From the NCBI RefSeq assembly GCF_006345805.1, contig NC_043015.1, positions 4,154,001 through 4,218,000 on the forward strand: DNA of 64,000 nt. Direction: 5' to 3'. The translations under genes and the position numbers were made by a program. The DNA comes from Octopus sinensis. Lineage: Eukaryota. Below the pieces are notes generated by a model, which saw only the letters and a program-made list of their open reading frames with translations, was not told the DNA's origin and searched no databases. The number at the start of each line of letters is the position of its first letter. Within the stretch, counting starts at the first letter, position 1. Shown piece after piece: positions 41,287 through 57,245 of the stretch.

Positions 41287-41409
41287 GATAGATAGATAGT
41301 TAGATATAGATATAAATACACACATATATATATATATATTCGTATATATATGTATATATACATATATATATATATAGATACAAATATATATATATAATAT
41401 AATATATAT

Positions 41410-41448
<39 letters not shown>

Positions 41449-41522
41449 ATATATATATATGTATGAATGTATATATATATATATATATATAAAAGTTTTT
41501 TCATATATATATATATATATAT
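41085..41522. repeat. long interrupted (TA)n-rich low-complexity tract
   Basis: Read directly. Confidence 0.95.
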
Positions 41523-42501
41523 TTTAAAACAGAATAATTTGACGAAAGTAGCTTTCTAATAATTTAAATGTGCCTTCAGCGTTAATCGTTTTCTATTTAA
41601 TATTTTGTTACTCCTCCATTCACAGACTATTTACACATTATAGGATGTTTATTAAACTGAGAAATTAAAAATATCGACGTTCCCGCAAACCATTAACTTC
41701 TTTAATTACCCGTTATTCATTAGTCATTCCCATTTAAAATGATCTGATTAATAATTAACTGAAAGTTTTTTTTTGATAGTATTTAAGAGAGAGTGATACA
41801 TTAATGTTGAAAGCTTAGTGGAATTTCGGTGAATAGAAATAATATTTTAATCCATACTTCCAAATACACAGCCCTATAATTCATGCATCCGTTTTGGGAA
41901 AATTTCCTCTTGTATGAATGTTAGTGAATGATCAATCGATTACTATCACAGGTAAAAGAACATCTCTTAATATACCTGTGCCTCTGTGTGTGCCTGTCTG
42001 TCTGTCTACATTTGCCTGTAGGAATAAATACATGTGTATATAGATACAAATATATACTTACAATCATGCGAGCATATATAATATATATTAGTTGAGGCAT
42101 AATACTTTAACTGTAGGACTATTTTCTAAAATCTTTATTGGATAGTTGTTTTTCACATTGTTATATAACGTTTTGCACTTAATTAAGAATCAAAGGTTTT
42201 CTAAATTCCTGTCCAGGTTTCAATATTTCGTAGTCTCATTATGAAAATTTTAATTTGAGACGCAGATGCAAGAGAAAATTTTACTAATTTTTAACATTTC
42301 TCGTCAGTTACGAATTATTTCGGTAGATATAACCTCTAGCTCTACAGAGTTCTGCATGTCGCTACACGGGCTGCTTACGCATGTCACGAGGAACAACTTC
42401 CATGAATCTCAATATTACAAAACCCTGACACATATAGTAATTAATCTCTATCACTCTTCATTAACATTTTTTCCGAGAGTTAATAGTAGAAAAATATATA
42501 G

Positions 42502-42572
<71 letters not shown>

Positions 42573-42595
42573 TGTGCGCTTGTATGAGTGTGCCA

Positions 42596-42665
42596 CGACG
42601 CATTATTTAGTAGTTAATGTGTTACGCTCACGATCGGGAGATCATGGTTTCAATTCCTAGACGGA
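42596..42665 (+). mobile_element. tRNA-like SINE head fragment
   Basis: tagtagttaatgtgttacgctcacgatcgggagatcatggtttcaattcc has A/B-box-like spacing. Confidence 0.4.
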
Positions 42666-43014
42666 TTTTTGAGTGGTTTTCTTGACCAAAACATTCCATA
42701 TCCCGTGGCTCTGAGATCACTTCGAAACCTCACCGGTGGACCACTGTACATCTGCTCAGAGAACACCGATGTGATAGAGAGTGTGCAAATGTTTGCGCCG
42801 AACTTTTGATTTCTATAAACGAATAGTCTGTGTAGGTCGTTCCTCAAGATTTGAACGCACATGTCGCCCGGGAAGAGTTGACCACACATAACGTTCTGCT
42901 AGAGTTGAACACATATACGGTGAATAAAGTGTCATCTAAATTACTCAAAAAAGGAAAATAACACTGACATTCTATTTGAATAGATGTAGCTACCAAAATT
43001 ACATTAAAATACCT

Positions 43015-43525
43015 TGAAATAGTAAACAGTAATTTGTTTCATTAAAATCACCATTGGCTTTAACCACGGCCTCCAGACAACATCGGAATTTCCGGCAACT
43101 CTATTGGTCACCCTGTATAAATTGGTGAATGCTGCCATAACGCTTGTCTTTAATTCATCTTTGATGTTACGAGGAGATTTGGTCGTCACTTTCACAACTG
43201 CACCCTTCACATAATCAACGGGTTTGCAGTCTGCGGAGTTATGTGGTCAGATGTTTTGAGTGATGTGGTCGTAGAAATTTTCTGGTAGACGTGACTGGGT
43301 TCTCCTGCTTGTGTGCCATGGTGCAAAGTTACACGGCATAGGATTTTCCTGCAACAACTCCCTTGACCCAAGGGAGAACTACATCCACCAGATATTTCAT
43401 GTAGGTCTCCGCATTGAGTCTCATACCGTGTTGGAAGGTGAATAGAGGAATAAATTTGCTATAAAAAGTGGTCACTAGAAACACTGTGAAATTGACTAGA
43501 TGTTTGATTTTTATCATTCTCAGTA
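43015..43525 (-). mobile_element. Tc1/mariner superfamily transposase remnant, maT/DD37D-like
   Basis: Minus translation MIKIKHLVNFTVF...PLFTFQHGMRLNAETYMKYLVDVVLPWVKGVVAGKSYAV, WHTSRRTQ, PHNSADCKPVDY (degenerate WPPNSPDCNPLDY). Confidence 0.75.
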
Positions 43526-43966
43526 CATGACCTCAGATTGCACTGTTCTCAGATTAACACCAAAACACTAGGAAGTATCTGTATCGGAGCACCCGGTGCA
43601 AATGCCAAGCAGTGCAGTATGTTGCTTCGAAATATTTGGCAGATTGAAATGCATCATAATGATGCTTTTCTCAAAGGCTGTGCCAAACAAACCTGAATAT
43701 GCTGTGTAGTTGACAACCCCCACCAAAAGAAAAAAACAATGCGCTGGTGCAATATAAAAATGATTAAATGACGACAATTTACCCATTGCATTTGGTTTAA
43801 ATGTTTGGCCAAAAGTCACCTGGCAGTATATCAAAATTCCATGAATACCATCTGTAATTCTGAATTGACTCGAATGGAAAAATATGTCGCTCCAGGAATT
43901 CAGATTGAACAATTTTCCTGATATACATACATGCATAGATACATTCATACATACATAGATACATGC

Positions 43967-44028
<62 letters not shown>

Positions 44029-44549
44029 TATATATAAAAGAAAAAATGAGGTAACAAAGCCAAGACTGAGTAGTTTTCAGCGCACTTATAAAGAAAAAGA
44101 ATAGCTTAAATATGTTTCTAGGATAATGAGTATATAACTTTATGAGGGATTATGCGAGATGGCTAAATAGAATTAAATATTTGAGTTCGAAATAAAGAAT
44201 TATTGTGGAAAAGGAGATATGGAATATAGTGGGGAAAAAGAGAATTAAAGTAGAAATAAAATATAAAATATTGTAGTTGCAGTTCCGTTTTTCGCGAAAT
44301 GTGGCCTATAGAAGTGTATACATACATACATGCATACATAAATATATGTATGTATATGTATATGTGTATAATATATATATACATATGTATGTATATATAT
44401 ATATATATACATGCCCCAGCATGGCCACAGCTCATGAGCTGAAACTAGATAAAATGAAAATGCAAATGAATACATATAGTATGTCATCCCATAAATAATA
44501 CAATTTTTTTGTAAATTTTATATTTACAATAATTAAGATAAACGAAGTT

Positions 44550-45330
44550 CTTTTTTCAATTAAAATAATATTTCCTTTATTTTCTATAATGCTGTTTTAT
44601 CCGTCTATCTATCTTGTGGATTTACAAGGCCCCTGTCCCAAAATTCTCTTGTCTGTGACGACAAATACTCCTCCAGTAATGTTGTGGCCTTCTCTACAGA
44701 ATTCATATTTTTTAAGACAGTGGAATAAATGATAATCAGATGGGTCAATGTCCGGCGAATATGATAAATTTAGCATCGTTTCCTATTCAAACTCCTCCAG
44801 TCTTAGGAATGTGATCCTCGCTGTATGTTGCCGAGAATTATCCTGATAGAAGAAAGCCTATTAGCTTTATAACCGAAGATGGTTGCTTCTCTTCTAGCGC
44901 TAACGTAATGAGCTCAAGCTGGTCGTGGTATATCTTTGCTATCGTTTGGTTTGTGCTTAGAAGTTCAAAGTGAAATAAACATTTCATATCTCACCAAACA
45001 GATAACAACACATTACGTTGGGGAAGACCTTTAACATGAGGCGCCGGTGTTTTGCCTTTTCCTCCCCACTGTCTTTGGCGATTGAGATTTTTATAGAGAA
45101 CTCATTTGGTGTCACCAGGATATCTCGTGGAACTCTATAAATCTTCCAAGACGAGGATCTTCTCGGCTGTAATTTCCGGCTCGGAATTTCTGGAACAATC
45201 TTTGATACTGACTTACTCTTATTGTCTGATCCCCATATACAACATTAATATTTCTCGCAACTTCCGTTGTTGCATTTGTTGAACTGATAAAGCAAAATAT
45301 GGCGAATATGCTCCTTTGTTAATTCCTTTA
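44550..45330 (-). mobile_element. mariner (DD34D) transposase remnant with internal deletion
   Basis: Minus translation ELTKEHIRHILLYQFNK, VYGDQTIRVSQYQRLFQKFRAGNYS, VLYKNLNRQRQW, YQDNSRQHTAR, YSPDIDPSDYHLF. Confidence 0.85.
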
Positions 45331-45838
45331 TTATTTTTTATTCACGTAGGCCTAAATTCCCCATAGGAGAGGGTAACCATGACAGCACACCCACCAGGTA
45401 TACCATTCATTTCCCAGCTCAAAGAGGTGAGTCCTGTACCATACTCTGGTGAAGGCATAGAAAGCAGCTTGCATTATAGCTTCGAAAAAATAAATGTTAA
45501 AATCGCACAGCACCCATGAAAACTTGCATTAAGAATAAGTAGAAAGTAAAATTATTACCTGCTTTTATAGAGAGTTGATGCAGGTAGTTTATCCAGCCCT
45601 CCTCCGACTTTTAGCGCATGTAATCGAGAAAGCAGCATTATTTATGTGATGGCCCAAGATATGTATATATATATATATATATATATTATTTATTGGACAG
45701 CATGATAGATTCTCGTATACATACATACATACATATATATATATATAATATATATATATATGTATGTATGTATGTATACGTGAATATATCATGCTATCCA
45801 TAAATACTATATTTTTTGTAATTCTTATATTTACAATG

Positions 45839-45890
<52 letters not shown>

Positions 45891-48800
45891 TATCTTCCTA
45901 TATATGAGTGAAACATACAGTTTTGCTGTAGAATAAGTCATACTGGATTACTTGGAGAAGTTAATTCTGCAATGAAAATGTGCATAAAACCTTAAGATTT
46001 GTTTGGAATTTGAATATGATATCTCAGTGACACATACTCTATGAATATGTAGAAATGTGAGACTATATCACGACAGTCAAATGACTACAGAGCCCATGTT
46101 CAGCAAATACATAATCCCACATCATATGTGACACTAATCCAAATGCTGTGAGACAAGCATCTTTTGTTCTTCAAAAATACTGTTGTATATGTATAGGTTT
46201 TATGTTTCTGAATATGATCAACGAATCAAGCACAATTCAGCGTTTAGATGATTCGAGAATATCCCAGGGATATCAATCAGCTTTCAGTTAGCAAACTTTG
46301 CCAGATTGTCTATTTTAGATTTGGGATTTAATAGTGTCTATAATTAAAACTGAATTTTACTACTCTTCAGTGTTCTACACATCATGATGAGAGACAACAA
46401 AATCGCTATGTGGTATAATGTAGGGTTACGTACATAATAAAATTTTGAAACATTTTGACTTGTTAGTTTAAAGAAGAATGGCGTTCCATGAACACAAGCG
46501 AATATTTTATTTGTTTATGCTATTTCAGGCAACGCCTTAGTGTTCGTTGATGACGAGAGTCGCCTGCCATTGACGCTGGAGATGCTATATTACGAGATTT
46601 CATTTTTTTTAAATCAGCAATATTTGACAAGCATGCGGTGATTATTTCCGGTTTATTTCTCATTACTCCAATAGAATGATACTACGCCAAGGTTATTTTA
46701 ATTCTTTTTGTTTTATCATTGCAGAAATAGGATTAATAAGTTTGCGAATACAGAACTAATGTGTTTGTAAAACATTACAATGAAATTTGTTTGTTAGATT
46801 TGTGAATTATGAAAGGATATTGTCGTCTAGTTTAGAATAGTATTCTTATACGGCAGAAAACTGGACAACTGGCATAATATCTTATGTAAAATGCCCTCTT
46901 GAAAAAATACACACTTTTACTAAATTGCGTAGAATTTTGTGCAAAATATAATCAATATATTCCTAACCAAATCATTCCAATTTTGAAATACCAAAGCAAC
47001 ACTACATTAAAAACAAAACATGAATGAAATGTTTAATTTCCTTTAAATGAAAATGTTTAGTCTTCAAGCAAAAGAAAAATTAAGAAAATTATTTACTGCA
47101 ACAAGTGTAGAGCTGAAAATATAGTGCAGTGCTTCGAGTTTTGATGACAGGACCTACCCAATATTTGTAAAACAGTTGCAACCTGAGCTGGTATTCCGTA
47201 GGTATACTGACAATCTTTGTTGTACCGGGTAAATGCGTGAGTGCAGCATATAAGGAGATCACGAAAATAAGTACTCAAATAAAATATGAAATACAACACA
47301 ATATTCTCCCAATGCAATATCATACCTGCAGTATATTTTCTCATGGAAAACCAAATGACAAAGCGTCTTCTACGTAAATTCTTCTTCAAAGGAAACTGCA
47401 GGCGTAAAATAGAAGTGGTAAAGAGTTCTGAAGAAACGTTAATGAAGAAACTCTATAGGTTTAACTGCGAATAATAAATGGCAGTTTCGAAAACCTGCAA
47501 TTTGATGCGCAGAGGAATTAGTGCATTCATGAATGTGAGAGAGTGCATGTGTCAGTCTTTTTGTGTTTGTGTGTAAGCTTGCAGATGATTTCAAATTTCA
47601 CGATATGAAAGTTCTGTGTTGCTATAAACTTCATTTACAGGGATGTTTAACTTCGCTGTTACACAACGGCAGGTGTCCATGACATTTCTTTTACTATCAT
47701 GTGTGTCTATTTCTACTGTTTCACATTTGTGCCAATACTACCAAATTGTATCTAGAATGGTTATCCAACAAGGAGAGAGTCCGACGACAGGAACTTAACT
47801 TGAATATATACATCGCCAAACCTAGTGTAATGCAATCACAATTTAAGCGGTTTCACAAGCACAACTCGGAACCTTAATCCTCTTCATTGTCCTTTTTTTC
47901 AAATCTGCCCTGATTAACACTAACAACAAATTACCTTGTTCTGTTAGTCACCTGAATTCATCTGTCTCCGTCAAAAATTCCATAGTTATTCTGGCCGTCT
48001 CAACTTTGAAATCAGGCCAGCAATGCATTACCTGTATTCCACGAACACTCTCCCCACAAACCTTTACAGAAATTTTGTCTTCATTAGCTCTCTATATGAT
48101 TTCGAGGCTAAATCAGGTGCAGAAAGCCCAGTTATACGTTGATACTCTTACCACTCACCGTTATTTTTCAAACACTACACTGACCGACGACCTATTGCTT
48201 CTGAACGCTCTATCACATACAAATATGACAAAGCATAACTTGGCTATCATTTGTTCCACTTTTTTTGTGTTTCCCCATTCGGCAGCTCATGATGATACAT
48301 TACAATGCAACACATTTGAACTAAAGGAAACTTTGTTTATTCCTCGTCACTACTAGTTGCTTAAGCTGTTTTTATTCCTATAAACCAGTACAGGAGCGGA
48401 ACCCAATCGCTGATACTGTTTGTTTTTATATGGCTACGGTTTGAATCAGCCTAGGGTTTATCTACCTCCAGTATTTCCCAATGAAGAAGGCTAATGACAG
48501 AGAAACCCGTCTGGGAATACGTTAAGGAGAGACACTGGTCAGATATGGTGTGTCTACACATTTTGTAACATATGAAAGAAATTTTTCCAAATGGCAATTT
48601 CAGTGAATTTACCTTTAGAATTAAAATTATATCACAAAAATCAGTTCAACCAACGTTAGTTCCTTTTATTCCTTATCACTGTATATACTATTGATAAACA
48701 ATAATATGAACAGTACAATATCTATTGTATAATATACATACTGAATTAACGTTCAACTATATAGAAGACGTTTCCAAGGTTTCGCTGTTAGCTTCATTGT

Positions 48801-49150
48801 CTACCAGGCTATTGAACACTTATTTCTACAGAACATAACATAAACAGATCGTTCTATTACCCATTATGTCACCATCAAAGCGAATTTTCGCAGATGGTAT
48901 TATAGTGGTGTTAGACTACGTAACGTCAATAGATATTAAACACGGGAAGCATAATCATAAGTAAATTTATTTCGACGTTGCATTCGAAACATGATTTTTT
49001 CTTATGTCTGCAGGTGATATATTCTCAGATTAGTTGTATGTAAAGTATGTTTATTTCTCATGAGTGACTTATATGTTCTTTCAATGTTTGCTTATATAAT
49101 TTGGTTTCAAATGTTGGGAAAAATTTAGACATCCCATGAGGGTGGTAAGG

Positions 49151-49326
49151 CGATTACGTCGACGCATTGTCCAATTAGTACCAATTTTATCGAAACCGAA
49201 AGGATGAAAGGCAAAGTAAACCTCGGCGGAATTTCGAATTAGAGGAATGAACTCAAGGCAATGACGTCATAGGGATGAGATGTTAAGTATTTTGCCCGGT
49301 GGGTTAAATCTTATGCTAGCTCACCA
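49151..49326 (-). mobile_element. degenerate SINE family A copy
   Basis: ttatcgaaaccgaaaggatgaaaggcaaagtaaacctcggcggaattt is the reverse complement of the family A body. Confidence 0.75.
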
Positions 49327-51687
49327 CTTTATATGCTTATATAATGTAGGATATGTCCCCTGATTCTTACGTTGGTGCATATTGATCTATTATGAAAAAT
49401 GACTTTGAGGAGTTTAAAATATCCAATCAGAAGTTTAAAACATTTCTCAGTATCATATTTTTGTATGCTATAAATTAAACATACAAACTGTGTAATTATC
49501 AATTTATGGCAGAATGTATTTCTCCTCTTTTTTCGCCTAAGTCCAATGAACATAGTAGTAAATTAGCAAATCCCCCAGAAAAGTAACACCGAACATCACT
49601 CCATTTGTTTCGAGTGTGACAGTAGTAGGATAAATTAACGATTGTTGCTTTGCTTTGGGATCACATCTGATGGACAAGTATGTATTTGACTTTGAAAATG
49701 ATGGTCAATTACTACCAAGAACAATCATAATCGTTGAGGATATTTCGTATTTTGGTTGGAGTCTGACTTAATGGATTCAAATGAAACGTATTGTATCTGA
49801 CTTACCTATGCTTTCATAATGTAAAATAGTCAAGAATACATTATACAGGTGATACTTTTACCTAAATACACTGCATAATGATGCCCTCGGCAATGAACGT
49901 TAATACAGTACGATCTGTCGCCCAATTCAAAGACGGGTTATAATTATTAAGACCGTTGATAATTTAGTATCAAAACAAAAGGGAAGAGGAGAGAAGCAGG
50001 CTATAAGAAAACTGTTAGGGACATAATACACTATATACTGGATGAAATGCTTTAAATAATTAATCAAACAGAAGATCGATTATTATCTCTCAGCAGTTTA
50101 AAGTCGGAGGAAGAATCAAGCGTTATAATTCATCATATGATGAACAATTGGATATATATTTTACACATGAAACAAAAATCATCAAAGATCGAAAACGAAG
50201 CTCTTTCCAATGAATGCATGTATTGAATCCAACACAAGAAACAGGAAAAATATTTCGGATTTATTAAATTATACTCCTCTCAGTTAACTAGAAGAAACTG
50301 TTGATGTTTAAAGACATAAAAGCAGTGTGGTGACACTCAAGATAAGCACCATCTTGCCGAACTAGACAAAAGAGGGCAATGTGCAATATTATAAACACAA
50401 ATACTGTATGGATTGATGAATGAGTGTTAGCCAGTTCAAACTCTAAAATTACATAATTAATGTAATATATTATCAATGAGTTAGTTTCTATTAATCTTTA
50501 TATAAGAGCTTGGCACCGAAAGCATATTTCCCTCAACATCAAATTTGGGATATTGAGTGAGTAAATCAAGTGCATATAGTGTTAAACATGAAAACCATCA
50601 CAGTCAACGTTTCACCTGTGTAAACTAACTAGTGAATGTGCAATCAATAAGAAATAGCTCCATATATTACATGATGACGATTTGTTATTAATTAAGATTA
50701 GACAAAAAATATTGGAATATATGCAAATTTTGGTCATTAGTATTTTAGAATCGAATGAGATTGAGCGATAATCTTGGTATTCCGTATGATTACAAATTTA
50801 GTAAAACATAGATTGCACATTATTTAAATATATTTGGAGTAGTAAATAGCATCAAAATTAGCACAAACTGAATAAGATAATATTCATTGGAAATAAAATA
50901 CGTTGTTGTAGAAGTGTTGCAAATAGAAAGTACATTAAATTTTACAAGTAGCATAGCTGAAAATATGAACTTATATAAAGACATATAAATAGTATCTACA
51001 TTAGATGATACGCTTTCCATGCATGGAAAATATATACGCACCGTATTTAGTGTATCGAAGCGGATATTAAAAAAGCAAAAAAAAAAAAATAATAATGATA
51101 AAACGTGCTTTACTTTCGTGACATTTATGTGAAGAATTGTTTGTACAGAACTTAAATAAAATATATCTTCACTTCTCGTTTTCGCAACAATCGTCCCGCA
51201 CGCCCACAAGAAAAGTCTAGTAGACAAAGAAATAATAATGAAGAAATGACACAAAATAAGTTCCAAGTCAGCAATTGTAGGTATATATTAGTGATATTTT
51301 TGGATGGAAAATCTAAGATAATGATGTTTCAATAACGCTTTATGTTTGTTTTATTTAGTAAGGCATGGCACATTTTGACATGATAAAGTTCAAGTGTGGA
51401 TGAGTTGCACTTTAACTTAAGACAAACCCATCTTGTACATCACTCATTACAAGATGTATCTGTCCTTGTGTCTTATGTGTGCATATATATATATATATAT
51501 ATATACTTATACATATATATATATATATGTATGTGTGTATGTTTGTATGTACGTACGAACGTATGTAGGTAAGTATGTATTTAAAATGTATGAATATATA
51601 TGTATATATATAAATATATATATATACATATATATGTATATATATGCATGTATATATATGTGTATAAAAGTATACACAAATGTGTAT

Positions 51688-51730
<43 letters not shown>

Positions 51731-53537
51731 ACTAATTCACCTATCAGTAGAAAGAGATAAAGAGATAAACGTATGTGAATATATGTGTGTATATGCGTGT
51801 GTGTATTTGTGTGTGCATGTATTTTATAGATGCGTGTAAGAGTATATGAATATGATAGTAGCTATAGAGACAAGAATAATATGTTGAAGGAAACAAATAT
51901 AGTACATCAAAAACGTTGGTTTATTTCATGAGTGGATTTTTCTATAATACAAAGAAGATTAGGTTTATGATTTATTGACAATATTTCAGCTTGAAGCTAG
52001 CCCAGTTTTCTAAACTTCTAACGATAATAAAGATATTTTCAAAGAATGGCAAAAGTTTTAAATGAATTCTCAAAGCTAAATATTCACTACTCGTCTTCGT
52101 TTGAGATTTCAAGCACACTAACATTTCAAAGATATGAGATCTCAAAAACATGACAACTGAATCTGGTTAATTCATTCTCCCTTACATTTTCTTCTATTTT
52201 TTTATGAAAATTGTTTAGTTAGGCTTCGTGACATTGAAGATTCAAGGGATGCTGGCATAGTTGCTATTGCTGCGGCTATATTTTTATCATTTTTTTATTT
52301 CCTCGCTTTTTTTAATCTACTTCAAATTTTTCATGATATTCTTTGTTAAGCTTCATTTTATTTTTTCCATTTTGTTCTTTTTGTACAGTTACTACAACTA
52401 TTCAATTACTACTTGTGGTGCTAAAGTTTCTGTTATACCTCGATTTGGTCCCTAAAGGCCTAATAAAACAAAGAACAATATCTGTGATGGAGAGGATGCA
52501 GCCTAACATAGGTTCTCTTAACATGCGTAGTTTGTGGCATTCATGCTCCTTGTAAGAGATATGTAGATATATATACGTACAACACTTTGTTTATAATCTT
52601 GTATCGTATTTCCGCTTTTGTTTTTCGGCTGTCACAACTCATATGCTTTTACAGTCCATTATACAATAAATCTTATCCCCCAACATTTGTTTTAGTTACA
52701 TTCATGACATTAGTTTCACTTGGACGTGAACGACTTGAATACAAACAAATATTTGGTTTAAATAAGATTACAATTTATATCGAATTGTTTAAATAATACG
52801 CTGAAATATTTTTTGTCATAAGTCAAGACCAAAAATATAAATGTAATATTTAGATAGTTTTCATTCATACCGAAATATGCAAGAAAAGATAGAGCAACAC
52901 TATTTGATTTGAGAAACATATATGAATCTCAATACGTTGGCATTATTTTACAACTAAACACGTTTCGTTAAGAAGATGGGTTAACTCCACACACCGGTGT
53001 AACTGAGTTACGTAATATTTAGCTTTTGTAGCATCAACTGCATATGCCTTCAGGAATAAATGGGTTGATGGATATATAAATAAGAATAGTGTATTTTTAT
53101 TAATTATAACTAAGCATTAAATTTAAGGAAAAACTTACTTGATTGAAATAGCTCAATGAATTTTGATTTTCTTTAGAATAAAAACGAAAAAAAGATGAAG
53201 ATTTCAACTGGCGTCAACTTTGCATTTAGCAATGTATATAGTGTTGTCCACTTTCATTTAATTGCAACTATATTTGGCTTATGAGAGGGCAAAAGAAACA
53301 TATTAAGTAATGCATAAGGCGCTATCTGAAATATATAACATCTACAATTAAATGGCAGACATTACTTGGATAATACATAGTGCATACTTGAAGAAACTGC
53401 TTAAAGAAAAATAAAATGCTTGCTGAAAGTGTGCCTACGCATTGAAAATCTATCTATATCTATTTATAAATACATACACAGAAACACTCACACACACATA
53501 TGCAAACCTAATGCATACATACACACATATATGCATA

Positions 53538-53578
<41 letters not shown>

Positions 53579-55068
53579 GTGTGTATCTATGTGTGTGTGC
53601 TTACATATAAACACATACACACACATTGTATACCTACTGCGCTCACATATATGCATGTAGAAAGAGACAGAGAGAAAGTGAGGGTGGTGGTTTAGATATG
53701 TATATATAGCTACATACGCAATGCTGAGCATATTTGTTTCGGTTATGGCGATCAAAAAACATATACTTATTTGCTTTTTTTTTTCTTTTTACGTTTTTTT
53801 TTTTTACTAGCAAACATTGATAACGTTAGCGGAACAATGTTTGTCATGAAAAATATATTGATAAACTTCTAAAATTTTACAAACGTCACTTTAATAACTA
53901 AATATTAGTCAACAGAATTTAAATTGATTATTCAAATCCGATAAACGTAGTAACGATTGTAATATAACTAGGTCGTAAAGCCAATCTATTTGCGTTTATA
54001 TTTCACATCATAGAGAACCAACATTAAATGAACAAAAATAATATACAAATGATAACAAAAACTATTCTAAAAAAATATTTCAAAAATATTGCTTCCTCAT
54101 TTTGATGAATTGGTGATAGCGTAACATTTGCACAAATTCTGAAGATAATAATTGTACTTAATGAATTTGAATTGAAGTGAAAGTCACTGCTACAGAAGCG
54201 GTTTTCACTGTTGTTTGGATAGCGGCAGAAGATCAATTCATTTGAACTCTTTTAACATTGCAGACAGATTTATTGATTTTTTTTATTATATAATGTTTTA
54301 TAGATTATTTTTTATGTTGTTGATTCGAGTTGCCTTCTTATTTCTGTGTGTATTGTGATTTGAGAAATTTGCATTTCTGGTAATTTAAGTTATTTCTCAA
54401 ATGGCGAAACCTAACATGAAATAGAAATGGAACGGGGAAGAGGTTGAATATTAATTGATAGCAGATGTTGTCGAGGTTGCCGATTTAGTATGATAATTAT
54501 TTAGATTCTATGCAATACTGAAAGCAAAAAGGATATTTCATTAAGAATATGTTGTTGTATATGTTTTTTTTTTTCTGTCTTTTGAAATGTGTATGTATAC
54601 ATGTTTGCGTGAACGAGACTGGGGCAACGATAAAAATAAAAATAATATAATGTAATGAAATGCTCATGTTTAATTAATGATCTTTTCTGAGTAGTGCTAT
54701 GAAGATCCTCTTGGAAAATTTCATCATGCTGAAATGCTTTTGTCTGAATTGAAATAAAAATCGAAAATTACAGATTTAGACTTGAAACGTTTTAAGAAAC
54801 TGGCCAATATTTTATAATTCTTCAAACATAAGAATATATATATATCTTCATAAATACCTACAATGCCATACGTTTTACCATCTTCAAAGAATGTGGTGAT
54901 GTATTTTCCTTCTCCTCTTGAAAAAGAGAAATATCTGTGAAATGAAATTACCTGTGATTTCCCCACACGTCACTATAATATATAATAGCTTTTAAAATAT
55001 TTAATCAGTTGCTGTCGACAATCAATCGCATTATTTCAAGTTTTATCGTATTATAATAATCCAGCTAA

Positions 55069-55262
55069 GGCAGCGAGCTGGCAGATCGTTAGCGCGCCGG
55101 CTGAAATGCTTAGCGTTATTTCGTCTGCCGCTAAATTCTGAGTTCAAAATCCGCCGATGTCTACTTTGCCTTTCATCATCTCCACTTGCGCACTAGGGTT
55201 GATATAATCGACTGTCCTCTCCAACAATTTTTAAGGTATTATGCCTACAGTAGAAATGATTA
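55069..55262 (+). mobile_element. SINE family A monomer
   Basis: ggcagcgagctggcagatcgttagcgcgccggctgaaatgcttagcg...ttctgagttcaaaatccgccg. Confidence 0.8.
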
Positions 55263-55852
55263 TAATAATGCAGCTAGCTTACACACGTTCAATATATTTG
55301 CTATCCGGGGCGCCATGAAATATATTCCTACTTTAGTGCATCTCTTAGAAAATGTAATACAGTGAAGATTAATGAGAATTTATATATATAGGAGGAGACT
55401 TGCATGATGCCATTCCAATTACTGTAACTAAAGTATTCAGATATGCCTCCTAAAATTACGTGTGCAGATTGACTTCTTAAGAAATTCCAATGTAATATGA
55501 GTGTATGATGTTGAACAAATTTGAACCAGACATAAATATGCAGGAAGAACGCATAACATGTAGTGTTAAAAAGAATATATGTTGAATCTCTATACTACAT
55601 ACGCACGCGGACACACAGGTACATACATACGGACAGACATATATATGTGTATGTATATATCGCAGTAGGTATTGGTGTTGAGAAGCAGTAATACAGCACA
55701 TAGGTGGTGATTTCAAATCTCTTCCAGAAATTGCAAGAGATCAAGTTTAAATTTTAAACGGCGGTGCATCAGCATGACCGCAGCTCTGAGCTGAAACTAG
55801 AAAAAAAAATAGATACATTGATATGTACATATATATGTATATACATATACAT

Positions 55853-55917
<65 letters not shown>

Positions 55918-56816
55918 CACAACAGGATCGTGATTCACTACACTTGTTTCAAATGTGTTTTAACTGATTAACAGAATTGTTACATCATTTAAAAAAAAAA
56001 GAACGTTTTCAACAGCATGAAATTAACAATTAGAAATCCTCAAGCAAAACAACATAGTGTTCCATGACTCGTGCGACACAAATTTAGTAAGAGGCATTTG
56101 GGCTCGTCGAGTAATGAAGCACTATGTCTTTTTTTCTTGAAAAATTCTAATTGTTAATTCTTATCTGTATTCACCTGTTCATGAATAACAAACAGAAACA
56201 GCCGTAGCGAACTGCAATTAATTGGTTGTTGTTATTTCTTTTTCATCTAATTCGGAACTTACAGTACATTTTGACCTGGAATTTGTAGCCGATGGTGCAA
56301 TAGGTGCTATTAGTGCACCCATGTATGTCTCTGATGAACAAAATGGATTTCCTTCAGCCCCTTGTGAATGTATGCATAGCTGGGTGAAGAATTCCATATT
56401 TGCTTTAGTGAGTACATCTATGTCATTATAAAATATTCGTACGGAGTCGGGCTTTCACCACTCCTATCTTGGTCATATCCGGATTTACATCTCTGGTTCT
56501 ATTGATACATACTTTGATGAAAGTTTATTTAACAATAAGAAAAGTATAACATCACAGCAAATTGTTTCAGTACTTAAAAACATTTTAATTATTTATATTT
56601 ATAGTACCACAAATAGTAATGGAATTAATTATTTATATCATTATATTTGATAACAAATAAATTACTTACATGCCAGCATTAATACTAATTGGAAAAATAC
56701 TTCAAAAGAAGGCAGAGTGAAAGCTACATCATCAGGTATCTGTTATTTATGAATTTATGCACTCCATATCGTTTTCCCTTATTTTTTATTCTGTATGTTT
56801 TGCAGAATAATACATT

Positions 56817-57047
56817 CTTTTACTTGTTTCAGTCATTTGATTGCGCGGATGCTGGAGCACCACCTATAGTCGAATCAAATCGATCCCAGGATTTGTTCTT
56901 TGTAAGCCTACTACATACTCTATCGGTCGCTTTGCTGAACTGCTAAGTGACGAGGACCTAAACACACCACCATCGGTTGTCAAGCGAGGATGGGGGGAAA
57001 AACACACACACAAACATACACACAGACACTCACGCGCGCACACACAA

Positions 57048-57101
<54 letters not shown>

Positions 57102-57245
57102 GACGGGCTTCTTCCAGTTTCCGTTTGCCAAATCCACTCAGAAGGGGTTGGTCGGCCCGAGTAGAAGATACTTGCCCGAGTTGCCATGCAGTGAGACTAA
57201 GAAACATGTGATTGCTAAGCAATCTACTTACCACACAGCCACTCT
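56817..57245 (-). mobile_element. full-length SINE family B
   Basis: Same organisation as 17861-18308. Confidence 0.88.

Noticed and set aside
54860-54925. Minus-strand acceptor/donor-bounded mini-exon candidate (GEGKYITTFFEDG)
   Set aside because: Frame ambiguous, no homology recognised; such signals are frequent by chance in AT-rich DNA.
56265-56455. Minus-strand open stretch (KPDSVRIFYNDIDVLTKANMEFFTQLC...) ending at a GTAAGT donor-like site
   Set aside because: No convincing acceptor, no recognisable protein and no partner exons.
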